Assembly (NCBI RefSeq): GCF_963921235.1
Contig: NC_086101.1
Location: 992,001 to 1,056,000, forward strand
DNA: 64,000 bases
Source: Mobula hypostoma
Lineage: Eukaryota
Direction: 5' to 3'
Shown here: positions 11,960-24,100 of the stretch, one piece after another
How positions within the stretch are numbered: position 1 is the stretch's first letter
Layout of the letters: every line of letters begins with the position of its first letter
The notes under the pieces: model-generated
Databases searched by the model: none
Told to the model about the DNA's origin: nothing
Seen by the model: only the letters and a program-made list of their open reading frames with translations
Translations under genes and position numbers: made by a program

Positions 11960-12430
11960 TGAACCTTGTGTTTATGAAGTTGGTTACGGTTTTTTCAGAC
12001 CAGCACCTTTGACCACAGGAACATCAGACAAAGGTCAGCACGGAATGTCCTGCAGTTACTGCAGGAGAAGGACTGGATGGACACAGTGGCGTGGTTCCTT
12101 GAGCAGACAGTCCAGACCATCTGACAGAATGCCTCATCACCAGATCACACCAACAAGCACCAAGACATTACCTGGCTGGTTACCTTTCTGCACGTCCGGA
12201 GATCACTCCCACAGCGCGCTGCCCCGAGATTACTGCAGTGGAGACGAGACGCTCACTCACCTCTTTGGGGACTGTGGGCTGGCGAAGATATGTGGAGAAA
12301 GATGCAAGGGCCTGTGCCACAGCAGATGCGTGACAGAAGGTTCACTGATCCTCAGGCTGTTCCCAGGACGAACAGGAAGATGGACACCAAGTGCTGCTGG
12401 AAGATCATCAACTCAGGGAAAGACGCCCGA
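11960..12430 (+). mobile_element. Tx1-like non-LTR element, C-terminal fragment
   Basis: PRDYCSGDETLTHLFGDC (degenerate CCHC knuckle) and CCWKIINSGKDA across frames. Confidence 0.6.
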
Positions 12431-12469
12431 AACATGTTGGGCTGTCATCACATTGAATTGTTCGTGGAG

Positions 12470-12538
12470 CAGAGTTTCCCAACCTAGGGACCACGGTTAA
12501 TTGTATTGGTCCATGGCACAAAATGTTGGGAACCCCTG
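12470..12538. mobile_element. Tiny hAT-like MITE
   Basis: Imperfect TIRs cagagtttcccaac / gttgggaacccctg; 8-bp flanks tcgtggag / tcgtacag resemble a decayed TSD. Confidence 0.55.
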
Positions 12539-12589
12539 TCGTACAGGAATGCTGCCGACTGGCACATCCAGGCTACAGGGACACCATTG

Positions 12590-13397
12590 AACAATAGGCT
12601 CAGTCCAAGGCTCAGTGTTCCCGTGCTCTAGTTCCTGTCCTCCCCGAGACCAAAGCTCTGTGTTCTGCGTTCCTGTCGTCCCAAGTCCAAGGCACAGCTG
12701 TTCCTGACTACCAAGTGAAGGCTTCATGTTCTCGTCCTGTGCCGGGGGTCCCGTCCCCCGTCCCCCCGCCCCGCCGTCCTGTGCCGGGGGTCCCGTCCCC
12801 CGTCCCCCCCCCACCGCCGTCCTGTGCCGGGGGTCCCGTCCCCGCCCCCCCGCCGTCCTGTGCCGGGGGTCCCGTCCCCAGTCTCCCCCCCCCCCGCCGC
12901 CGTCCTGTGCCGGGGGTCCCGTCCCCAGTCTCCCCCCCCCCCGCCGCCGTCCTGTGCCGCAAGTCCCCCGCCCCCCACCCTGTCTCCCAAGACCACGAAA
13001 TGTCTTCGCCGAGTTCCGGAGTCCGAGGCCGAGTCAAGACCCAGGTTCTTGGTCCTTGTCCAGTCTCTGGCTCGGAGTCCGAACCCAAGCCCCGCCCTGT
13101 CCTCGCCTCGGGGAGCCCAAGCCTCGCCCAGACCTATAGCCTCGTCATGTCCTCGCCTAATTCCGGGGTCCGAGCCCGAGTCAAGACCCAGGTTCTTGGT
13201 CCTTGTCCAGTCTCTGGCTCGGAGTCCAAGCCCAGGCTCCTAGTTCCCAGTTCCTTGTCCTGGTCCCGCTTGCCTAGCCAATGTCCTAGCCCAAGTCTAT
13301 GTTCTGTCCCAGCTCTCTAGTCAAGTCCTGTTCCAAGTACTTCAGTGTCTGTGTCTTTCATTTGGGTCCGTTGCCAGCGCCCCTCCCGCGCATGACA
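12590..13397 (+). mobile_element. Partial LTR (3' part) of the TGTCA...TGACA family
   Basis: Ends catttgggtcc...catgaca; shares gagtcaagacccagg modules with the solo LTRs. Confidence 0.8.
12733..12980. repeat. GC-rich minisatellite (unit about 36-44 bp, about 6 copies) inside the LTR
   Basis: Repeated cgtcctgtgccgggggtcccgtcccc plus C-runs. Confidence 0.9.
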
Positions 13398-13789
13398 GAG
13401 GAAGCTTTTCAATTATTGTGGTAGTGAAAATCCCAGGGGGCGACATGAGTGACAACAGAACTATCGGTTTTAACAAATGTATAAGAGCACTAAATACCGT
13501 ACTGACAACAAATGTAAATTCATTGGGTAAAGGCATTGCACGTTTTATCATTCTGAATATTTTATATAAAGCTTTTTTTGATACAAAGAAGTATCAACAT
13601 CTGATCTGTGTCCAGAGTGAGGGAGACCGGGCCTTCCATTGGAGACAGGACGGACATGGGTTCAGTCACGAAGATTTTCACACGAAAGGCTGTTGAAATC
13701 AGGACCTCATCGGAAAAATATCATTTTCCACCCTGTGACGTAGGATGTCCAGTGCTGTGCTTTTTCCTGCAGCCACAGGTCGGTCATAT

Positions 13790-16700
13790 TGTTAAGACAA
13801 ATGTAGGTCCCCTACAGACAGAAACAGGTGAATTGATCATGGAGAGCAAGGACATGGCAGACCAATTGAATAACTACTTTGGTTCTGTCTTCACTAAGGA
13901 GGACATAAATAATCTTCCAGAAATAGTAGGGGACAGAGGGTCTAGTGTGATGGAGGAACTGAGGGAAATACATGTTAGCAGGGAAGTGGTGTTAGGTAAA
14001 TTGAAGGGATTAAAGGCAGATAAATCCCCAGGGCCAGATGGTCTGCATCCCAGAGTGCTTAAGGAAGTAGCCCAAGAAATAGTGGATGCATTAGTGATAA
14101 TTTTACAAAACTCTTTAGATTCTGGACTAGTTCCTGAGGATTGGAGGGTGGCTAATGTAACCCCACTTTTTAAAAAAGGAGGGAGAGAGAAACCGGGGAA
14201 TTATAGACAGGTTAGCCTGACATCAGCAGTGGGGAAAATGCTAGAGTCAGTTATCAAAGATGTGATAACAGCACATTTGGAAAACGGTGAAATCATCGGA
14301 CAAAGTCAGCATGGATTTGTGAAAGGAAAATCAGGCCTGACGAATCTCATAGAATTTTTTGAGGATGTAACTAGCAGAGTGGATAGGGGAGAACCAGTGG
14401 ATGTGGTATATTTGGATTTTCAAAAGGCTTTTGACAAGGTCCTGCACAGGAGATTAGTGTGCAAACTTAAAGCACACGGTATTGGGGGTAAGGTATTGAT
14501 TGGATAGAGAATTGGTTGGCAGACAGGAAGCAAAGAGTGGGAATAAACAGGACCTTTTCAGAATGGCAGGCAGTGACTAGTGGGGTACTGCAAGGCTCAG
14601 TGCTGGGACCCCAATTGTTTACAATATATATTAATGACTTAGATGAGGGAATTAAATGCAGCATCTCCAAGTTTGCGGATGACACGAAGCTGGGCGGCAG
14701 TGTTAGCTGTGAGGAGGATCCTAAGAGGATGAAGGGTGACTTGGATAGGTTAGGTAAGTGGGCAAATTCATGGCAGATGCAATTTAATGTGGATAAATGT
14801 GAGGTTATCCACTTTGGTGGCAAAACCAGGAAAACAGATTATTTTCTGAATGGTGGCCGATTAGGAAAAGGGGAGGTGCAACGAGACCTGGGTGTCATTG
14901 TACACCAGTCATTGAAAGTGGGCATGAAGGTACAGCAGGCGGTGAAAAAGGCGAATGGTATGCTGGCATTTATAGCAAGAGGATTCGAGTACAGGAGCAG
15001 GGAGGTACTACTGCAGTTGTACAAGGCTTTGGTGAGACCACACCTGGAGTATTGTGTGTAGTTTTGGTCCCCTAATCTAAGGAAAGACATTCTTGCCATA
15101 GAGGGAGTACAAAGAAGGTTCACCAGATTGATTCCTGGGATGGCAGGACTTTCATATGATGTTAGGGGTCTAGATGGTTTAGAGTTTGTAAAGTGTGTTC
15201 AGGAAAGTTTTCTAAATCAATATATAGAGGGACCAACTAGAGAGGATGCAATATTGGATCTCTCATTAGGAAACGAGTTAGGACAAGTGATGGAAGTCTG
15301 TGCAGGGGAGCACTTTGGTTCCAGTGATCATAACACCATTAGTTTCAACTTGATCATGGACAAGGATAGATCTGGTCCTCGGGTTGAGGTTCTTAACTGG
15401 AAGAAGGCCAAATTTGAAGACACGAGAAAGGATCTAAAAAGCATGGATTGGGACAGGTTGTTTTCTGGTAAGGATGTGATCGGTAGGTGGGAAGCTTTCA
15501 AAGGAGAAATTTTGAGAGTGCAGAGTTTGTATGTTCCTGTCAGGATTGAAGGCAAAGTGAATAGGAATAAGGAATCTTGGTTCTCAAGGGATATTGCAAC
15601 TCTGATAAAGGAGAAGAGGGAGTTGTATGACATGTATAGGAAGCAGGGAGTAAATAAGGTGCTTGAGGAGTATAAGAAGTGCAAGAAAATACTTAAGAAA
15701 GAAATCAGGAGGGCTAAAAGAAGACATGAGGTTGCATTGGCAGTCAAAGTGAAGGATAATCCAAAGAGCTTTTACAGGTATATTAAAAGCAAAAGGATTG
15801 TAAGGGATAAAATTGGTCCTCTTGAAGATCAGAGTGGTCGCCTATGTGCGGAGCCAAAGGAAATGGGGGGATCTTAAATAGGTTTTTTGCGCTGTATTTA
15901 CTAAGGAAACTGGCATGAAGTCTATGGAATTAAGGGAAACAAGTAGTGAGATCATGGAAACTGTACAGATCGAAAAGGAGGAGGTACTTGCTGTCTTGAG
16001 GAAAATTAAAGTGGATAAATCCCCGGGACCTGACAGGGTGTTCCCTTGGACCTTGAAGGAGACTGGTGTTGAAATTGCAGGGGCCCTGGCAGAAATATTT
16101 AAAATGTCGCTGTCTACAGGTGAGGTGCCGGAGGATTGGAGAGTGGCTCATGTTGTTCCGTTGTTTAAAAAAGGATCGAAAAGCAATCCTGGAAATTATA
16201 GGCCGGTAAGTTTAACGTCGGTAGTAGGTAAGTTATTGGAGGGAGTACTAAGAGACAGAATCTACAAGCATTTGGATAGACAGGGACTTATTAGGGAGAG
16301 TCAACATAGCTTTGTGCATGGCAGGTCATGTTTGACCAATCTATTGGAGTTTTTCGAGGAGGTTACCAGGAAAGTGCATGAAGGGAAGGCAGTGGATATT
16401 GTCTACATGGACTTCAGTAAGGCCTTTGACAAGGTCCCGCATGGGAGGTTAGTTAGGAAAATTCAGTTGCTAGGTATACATGGAGAGGTGGTAAATTGGA
16501 TCAGACATTGGCTCAATGGAAGAAGCCAAAGAGTGGTGATAGAGAATTGCTTCTCCGAGTGGAGGCCTGTGACTAGTGGTGTGCCACAGGAATCAGTGCT
16601 GGGTCCATTGTTACTTGTCATCTATACCAATGATCTGGATGATAATGTGGTAAATTGGAACAGCAAATTTGCTGATGATACAAAGATTGAAGATGTAGTA

Positions 16701-18030
16701 GACAGCGAGGAAGGTTTTCAGAGCCTGCAGAGGGACTTGGACCAGCTGGAAAAATGGGCTGAAAAATGGCAGATGGAGTTTAATGCAGACAAGTGTGAGG
16801 TATTGCACATTGGAAGGACAAACCAAGATAGAACATACAGGGTTAATGGTAAGGCACTGAGGAGTGCAGTGGAACAGAGGGATCTGGGAATACAGATACA
16901 AAATTCCCTAAAAGTGGCGTCACAAGTAGATAGGGTCATAAAGAGAGCTTTTGGTACATTGGCCTTTATTAATCTAAGTACTGAATGTAAGAGCTGGAAT
17001 GTTATGATGAGGTTGTATAAGGCATTGGTGAGGCCGAATCTGGAGTATTGTGTTCAGTTTTGGTCACCAAATTACAGGAAGGATATAAATAAGGTTGAAA
17101 GAGTGCAGAGAAGGTTTACAAGGATGTTGCCGGGACTTGAGAAACTCAGTTACAGAGAAAGGTTGAATAGGTTAGGACTTTATTCCCTGGAGCGTAGAAG
17201 AATGAGGGGAGATTTGATAGAGGTATATAAAATTATGATGGGTATAGATAGAGTGAATGCAAGCAGGCTTTTTCCACTGAGGCAAGGGGAGAAAAAAACC
17301 AGAGGACATGGGTTAAGGGTGAGGGGGGAAAAGTTGAAAGGGAACATTAGGGGGGACTTCTTCACACAGAGAGTGGTGGGAGTATGGAATGAGCTGCCAG
17401 ACGAGGTGGTAAATGTGGGTTCTTTTTTAACATTTAAGAATAAATTGAAGAGATACATGAATGGGAGGTGTATGGAGGGATATGGTCCGTGTGCAGGTCA
17501 GTGGGACTAGGCAGAAAATGGTTCGGCATAGCCCAGAAGGGCCAAAAGGCCTGTTTCTGTGCTGTAGTTTCTATGGTTCTATGAAAGACTGGATCGACTA
17601 GGCTTATACTCGTTGAAATTTAGAAGATTGAGGGAGGATCTCATTGAAACATATAAAATCCTAAAGGGATTGGACAGGCTAGATGCAGGAAGATTGTTCC
17701 CGAGTTCCCGATGTTGGGGAAGTCCAGAATGAGGGGTCACAGTTTGAGGATAAAGGGGAAGCCTTTTAGGACCAAGATTCAGAAAAACTTCTTCACACAG
17801 ATAGTGGTGAATCTGTGGAATTCTCTGCCACAGGAAACAGTTGAGGCCAGTTCATTGGCTATATTTAAGAGGGAGTTAGATATGTCCCTTGTGGCTAAAG
17901 GGATCAGGGGGTATGGGGGGAAGGCTGATACAGGGTTCTGAGTTGGATGATCAGCCATGATGATACTGAATGGTGGTGCAGGCTCGAAGGGCCGAATGGC
18001 CTACTCCTGCACCTATTTTCTATGTTTCTA
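13790..18030 (+). mobile_element. CR1 (family C) 5'-truncated copy, split by a nested CR1 at 15161-17580
   Basis: ORFs 13608-14507 and 14516-15061. Sequence breaks at ctttcatatgatg and resumes atgaaagactgg at 17581; tail ttttctatgtttcta at about 18030. Confidence 0.93.
15161..17580 (+). mobile_element. Nested 5'-truncated CR1 (family D) with a long RT ORF
   Basis: ORFs 15128-15877 and 15915-17510 (531 aa RT); 3' tail tagtttctatggttct. Confidence 0.93.
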
Positions 18031-18164
18031 TAACCATCACACAGCACAATATTCTCTCCACATCCCTACTCTCCTGGCATGAACTAATTTTATAGTTGTT
18101 GTCACTGTTTACATATCCACCGTTTTACACTCCACTGCCAATCTCTTTAGACCTGAATAAAGAT

Positions 18165-18380
18165 AAAAAAAACGAACTGCTGGAAGACCTCAGCGGGTCA
18201 GGCAGCACCTGTGGAGGGAAGTGGAGAATTGACATTTCGTGTTGAGACAGTCCAGGTGAAGGATCGCGACCCGGAAAGTCGATTGTACATTCCTCTCCAT
18301 AGTTTCTGCCGGACCCGCTCAGTTCCTCCAGCATCGTGTTTCTCACTCGAGATTCTAGCATCTGCAGTCTCTTGTGTCTT
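18165..18380. mobile_element. Old, degenerate Penelope-like palindromic remnant
   Basis: tgctggaagacctcagcgggtc is mirrored by gacccgctcagttcctccagca; ends agcatctgcagtc like the other pseudo-LTR 3' ends. Confidence 0.6.
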
Positions 18381-18456
18381 CAGAACTTGCCCCTTTCAGT
18401 CCTGCCTCAGACTGAACCAGCAAAATCATGTTCATTCCCTGAGACTAAACACAAAA

Positions 18457-18620
18457 CCTACCAGCCTTCTCCTTCCCACCCTCCCCCACCTTCTTTATAG
18501 GGCCTCTGCCCCTTCCCCCTACAGTCCTGACGAAGGTTTCCGGCCCGAAACGTCGACTCATTGTTTCCATGGATGCTGCCCGACCTGCTGAGTTCCTCCA
18601 GCGTGTTGTGAGTGTTGCTC
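18457..18620 (+). mobile_element. Penelope-like pseudo-LTR fragment with a hammerhead motif (18523-18558)
   Basis: agtc-CTGACGA-aggtttccggccc-GAAA-cGTC-gact; same subfamily as 53691-53830 and 61045-61233. Confidence 0.8.
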
Positions 18621-18727
18621 CATTCCCCGAGACTGCAGCGCGTGTAGTGGACAGTCGCGGTACTGCAGGACATCAGCAGCTCCCCGAAAGTGAAAGGATT
18701 CTGAATCAGAAAGTGCTGGGAGTTAAC

Positions 18728-19153
18728 ATGGCTTCGAAAGGACAGGTCGAGAGTTTGACCGAGGAGGTAATCTGTCCCATCTGCCTGGATTTCTTCTGCC
18801 TGGATTTCTTCACCGATCCGGTGTCACTGGAGTGCGGGCACAACTTCTGTCGCTCTTGTATCACACGGTGTTGGGAGAGGGAGGGGAGAAACTCCTGCCC
18901 GGAATGTAGAGAGGTATTTGCTAACTGCACCCTCAGGGCCAGTCGGGCCTTAGCAAATCTGGCTGAAAAAGCTCGAAATCTAAACCTGAATCCGAAAGGT
19001 AAGGAAAGTAAACTTCACTGCGAGGAACATGAGGAAGAACTGAAGCTGTTTTGTGAAACGGACAAGACACTGATCTGCCTGATCTGTAGAGATGCGCAGG
19101 AACACAGAGAGCACCGCTTCCTGCCGATTAAAGAAGCTGTTAAAATCTACATG
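18728..19153 (+). CDS. TRIM E3 ligase (RFP/A33-like), coding exon 1: RING and B-box2
   Basis: [19 protein letters not shown]...[10 protein letters not shown]...CPEC and [16 protein letters not shown]...CLIC...H..H. Donor atg|gtaaaa; 426 nt, phase 0. Confidence 0.95.
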
Positions 19154-19526
19154 GTAAAAACTAACATTAATTTAATACTTCCTTTGTCCTGCATACCATC
19201 ACACGAGCTTCCATAAACAAGATGTCATTCTCTGCAACTTCGTCCATCTCCAACGGGATTCTACCATCTATCCGTTCAACAGTCCACCTCCGCACCCCAC
19301 AACTCTCCGCTTTCTATCGGGATCGCCCTCTACGTACTGTAACTCGCTCCTTCCCACTGAACTCACTCCTGGCACTGATAGCCCGAAACATCGAGTGTTT
19401 ATTTCCTCTCGTAGCTGCCGACTGGCTCACTAAGTCCCTCCAGCATGTTGTGCAATAATCGGGTTTGATCGCCTATTTATTTTGATCCTTTTTTTCCCCC
19501 CATTTTCTTAACTCTCTGACTTCCAG

Positions 19527-19622
19527 GATCAGCTGAAATCTTCCTTAGACTCTCTCACAAAAATGGAATCAGACTTCCAGGAAAAGGAGCAGCAACAGAA
19601 AGAGAAGATTTCCGGAGTTCGG
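19527..19622 (+). CDS. TRIM coding exon 2 (coiled coil)
   Basis: ttccag|GAT...CGG|gtgagg; 96 nt, the typical TRIM exon size; DQLKSSLDSLTKMESDFQEKEQQQKEKISGVR. Confidence 0.92.
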
Positions 19623-19684
19623 GTGAGGCTTCCTGAGCGGAATTCTGATATTTCTGTATAGTTTTGCTCCCTTTAATGCAGAAT

Positions 19685-19960
19685 AGCAGAGTATCGCAGC
19701 TCCAGTGACCTGGGTTCGATGCTGACATCTGGTGCTGTCCGTGTGGAGTTTGCATGTTCTCCCTGTGATCACGACAGTTTCAGACATGGTTAATTACAAT
19801 TAACCCTGTGAAGGTAGGGAGTGTATGTGAATCAAGTGGGAGTTAATGGGTCAATGAGGGAGAATAGGTTTCAGAAAAACGTGAAGGAATGGGGTTGACG
19901 GGAATGTTTCAGAGCTAACATGGACATTAATGGACCAAATGGTCTCCTTAATGTCATCAG
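19685..19960 (+). mobile_element. V-SINE (HE1-like) tRNA-derived SINE, decayed
   Basis: B-box-like gggttcgat followed by the V-domain motif tgtggagtttgcatgttctccctgtg. Confidence 0.65.
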
Positions 19961-20010
19961 GAAATATGCACAGCAATACAGTAAATTAATCTTCAGCTTT
20001 CATTCGACAG

Positions 20011-20244
20011 GAACAGTCACACAGCGTTCAGACCCACATCACATCCCAGTTTGTTGAACTGCACCAGATTATCACTGAGAAAGAGCAGAGTTTACTCAGG
20101 GATCTCAGGGAAGAAGAGGAGAGGATTCTAAATCCAATGGAGAAAAATCTTCAAAAGATTCAAGAGAATATAAGGCTTATTCAGGAGGAAATCACAAATT
20201 TAAAGGAACAGATGAATCAAAAAGACAGTCTGATATTTCTCAAG
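20011..20244 (+). CDS. TRIM coding exon 3 (coiled coil)
   Basis: cgacag|GAA...AAG|gtgacg; 234 nt, open: EQSHSVQTHITSQFVELHQIITEKEQSLLRDLREEEE...LIFLK. Confidence 0.92.
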
Positions 20245-21104
20245 GTGACGGATTATGTTTCAATTTGTTTCTGCCAAAGGGCACTAAATGAACAATGGTA
20301 TATTTGAAATAAACACATCACAGTGGCCAATTATAATAAATCATCGACATCACACAGATTGTTATACTTGTATGACACACCCTCCAATCACACGAATAAT
20401 GTCGTTCCAAAATGTCGAAGATGTGTATTCGATCCTTTATCTGCAACATACGACCATGAAGCGATGAAACTGCAGCGTAATTAATCGTAAATTCATCAGC
20501 AACGAAGTGGTCAGCAAATGATATGCTATCCATTCGTCCACAGCTCAAAACTGCCCAGAACAAAGCACGAATATGTAACTTATTCCCTTCGCTGTTACCA
20601 GGCCCCCACACACGTGACTAGTTACCATAACAATCACGCAACACAGAAAACAATGCAGATAGGGCTATCAAAGGCAGAAAACAGATGCGTTGCTCCTACA
20701 CACAGCATTTACAAATAGCCGTAAACTGTTTTTCATCAGACAATTGAAGCAGCTATTCAGGGTTGTCCCAAAAGTGGACTTCCACAACATCTGTACATCC
20801 CAGGTCAGAATGCAAACTTCTCTGAAATTTATTCTGATCATAAAACAGAGCTGGTGATTGTGTCATTAATTAGCACATTAAATATCCTCTAAAACTCCTA
20901 TTAACACCCATTTCCAGTCAAAGGCTGTGAGTGTGTTTGGTGCAGTGGGTGTGAGGGTCTCTCTGTCAATCAGTGCGAACAAAGAATGTGACCCACACAT
21001 CAGATGTATCCTCTATATCTGGTTTCTGTCAGATTAGGGAAACTTTCAATGTTACTTTAATTTTTCAGATAAGTTTCACATGGAATTATATCCCATTAGA
21101 AATG

Positions 21105-24100
21105 TAGAAACAGAAACATAGAAAACCTACAGCACAATACAGGCCCTTCAGTCCACAATGCTATGCCGAGCATGTGCTTATTTTAGGAATTACCTGAGGT
21201 TACCCATAGCCCTATATCTTTCGAAGCTCTATGTGTATCCAGGAGTCTCTTAAAAGACCTTTTCGTATCTGCCTCCACCACTGCCTGTACCTACTTCCAA
21301 GCACCCTAAAACTGTGTCCTCTCGTGTTAGTCATTTCAGCCCTGGGAAAAAGCCTCTGACTATCCACACGAACAATGCCTCTCATCATCTTATACACCTC
21401 TATCAGGTCACCTCTCATCCTCCGTCGCTCCAAGGAGAAAAGGCCGAGTTCACTCAACCTATTCTCATAAGGCATGCTCCCCAATCCAGGCAACATCCTT
21501 GTAAATCTCCTCTGCACCCTTTCTATAGTTTCCACATCCTTCCTGTAATGAGGTGACCAGAACTGAGCACAGTACTCCAAGTGGAGTCTGACCAGGGTCC
21601 TATATAGAAACATAGAAACATAGAAAATAGGTGCAGGAGTAGGCCATTCGGCCCTTCGAGCCTGCACCGCCATTTATTATGATCATGGCTGATCATCCAA
21701 CTCAGAACCCCGCCCCAGCTTTCCCTCCATACCCCCTGACCCCTGTAGCCACAAGGGCCATATCTAACTCCCTCTTAAACATAGCCAATGAACTGGCCTC
21801 AACAGTTTGCTGTGGCAGAGAATTCCACAGATTCACCACTCTCTGTGTGAAGAAGTTTTTCCTAATCTCGGTCCTAAAAGGCTTCGCCTCTATCCTCAAA
21901 CTGTGACCCCTCGTTCTGGACTTCCCCAACATCGGGAACAATCTTCCCGCATCTAGCCTGTCCAATCCCTTTAGGATCTTATACTTTTCAATCAGATCCC
22001 CCCTCAATCTTCTAAATTCCAACGAGTACAAGCCCAGTTCATCCAGTCTTTCTTCATATGAAAGTCCTGCCATCCCAGGAATCAATCTGGTGAACCTTCT
22101 TTGTACTCCCTCTATGGCAAAGATGTCTTTCCTCAGATTAGGGGACCAAAACTGCACACAATACTCCAGGTGTGGTCTCACCAAGGCCTTGTACAACTGC
22201 AGTAGTACCTCCCTGCTCCTGTACTCGAATCCTCTCGCTATAAATGCCAGCATACCATTCGCCTTTTTCACCGCCTGCTGTACCTGCATGCCCACTTTCA
22301 ATGACTGGTGTATAATGACACCCAGGTCTCGTTGCACCTCCCCTTTTCCTAATCGGCCACCATTCAGATAATAATCTGTTTTCCTATTTTTGCCACCAAA
22401 GTGGATAACTTCACATTTATCCACATTAAATTGCATCTGCCATGAGTTTGCCCACTCACCCAACCTATCCAAGTCACCCTGCATCCTCTTAGCATCCTCC
22501 TCACAGCTAACACTGCCACCCAGCTTCGTGTCATCCGCAAACTTGGAGATGCTGCATTTAATTCCCTCATCCAAGTCATTAATATATATTGTAAACAACT
22601 GGGGTCCCAGCACTGAGCCTTGCGGTACCCCACTAGTCACCGCCTGCCATTCTGAAAAGGTCCCGTTTATTCCCACTCTTTGCTTCCTGTCTGCTAACCA
22701 ATTCTCCACCCACACCAATACCTTACCCCCAATACCGTGTGCTTTAAGTTTCCACACTAATCTCCTGTGTGGCACCTTGTCAAAAGCCTTTTGAAAATCC
22801 AAATATACCATATCCACTGGTTCTCCCCTATCCACTCTACTAGTTACATCCTCAAAAAATTCTATGAGATTCGTCAGACATGATTTTCCTTTCACAAATC
22901 CATGCTGACTTTGTCCAATCATTTCACCGCTTTCCAAATGTGCTGTTATCACATCCTTGATAACTGACTCCAGCAGTTTCCCCACCACCGACGTTAGGCT
23001 AACTGGTCTATAATTCCCCGGTTTCTCTCTCCCTCCTTTTTTAAAAAGTGGGGTTACATTAGCCACCCTCCAATCCTCAGGAACTAGTCCAGAATCTAAC
23101 GAGTTTTGAAAAATTATCACTAATGCATCCACTATTTCTTGGGCTACTTCCTTAAGCACTCTAGGATGCAGACCATCTGGCCCTGGGGATTTATCTGCCT
23201 TCAATCCCTTCAATTTACCTAACACCACTTCCCTACTAACATGTATTTCACTCAGTTCCTCCATCTCACTGGACCCTCTGTCCCTTACTATTTCTGGAAG
23301 ATTATTTATGTCCTCCTTAGTGAAGACAGAACCAAAGTAATTATTCAATTGGTCTGCCATGTCCTTGCTCCCCATAATCAATTCACCTGTTTCTGTCTGC
23401 AGGGGACCTACATTTGTCTTTACCAGTCTTTTCCTTTTTACATATCTATAAAAGCTTTTACAGTCCGTTTTTATGTTCTCTGCCAGTTTTCTCTCATAAT
23501 CCTTTTTCCCCTTCCTAATTAAGCCCTTTGTCCTCCTCTGCTGAACTCTGAATTTCTCCCAGTCCTCAGGTGAGCCACTTTCTCTGGCTAATTTGTATGC
23601 TACTTCTTTGGAATTGATACTACCCCTAATTTCTCTTGTCAGCCACGGGTGCACTACCTTCCTTGATTTATTCTTTTGCCAAACTGGGATGAACAATTGT
23701 TGTAGTTCATCCATGCAACCTTTAAATGCTTGCCATTGCATATCCACCGTCAATCCTTTAAGTGTCATTTGCCAGTCTATCTTAGCTAATTCACGTCTCA
23801 TACCTTCAAAGTTACCCCTCTTTAAGTTCAGAACCTTTGTTTCTGAATTAACTATGTCACTCTCCATATTAATGAAGAATTCCACCATATTATGGTCACT
23901 CTTACCCAAGGGGCCTCTCACGACAAGATCGCTAATTAACCCTTCCTCATTGCTCAAAACCCAGTCCAGAATAGCCTGCTCTCTAGTTGGTTCCTCGACA
24001 TGTTGGTTCAAAAAACCATCCCGCATACATTCCAAGAAATCCTCTTCCTCAGCACCTTTACCAATTTGGTTCACCCAGTCTACATGTAGATTGAAGTCAC

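Noticed and set aside
12708..13320. Overlapping Pro/Gly-rich ORFs in several frames
   Set aside because: Produced by a stop-free GC-rich minisatellite inside an LTR.
9899..13397. One large element bounded by TGTCA and TGACA
   Set aside because: The ends are two oppositely oriented LTR 3' halves and the flanks (gtttt vs gagga) give no TSD.
18569..18727. N-terminal extension of the TRIM ORF in the track
   Set aside because: It starts within a Penelope fragment; ATG 18728 gives the typical MAS start just before the RING.
19685..19760. tRNA gene
   Set aside because: Only a B-box-like motif in a decayed SINE head; no cloverleaf.
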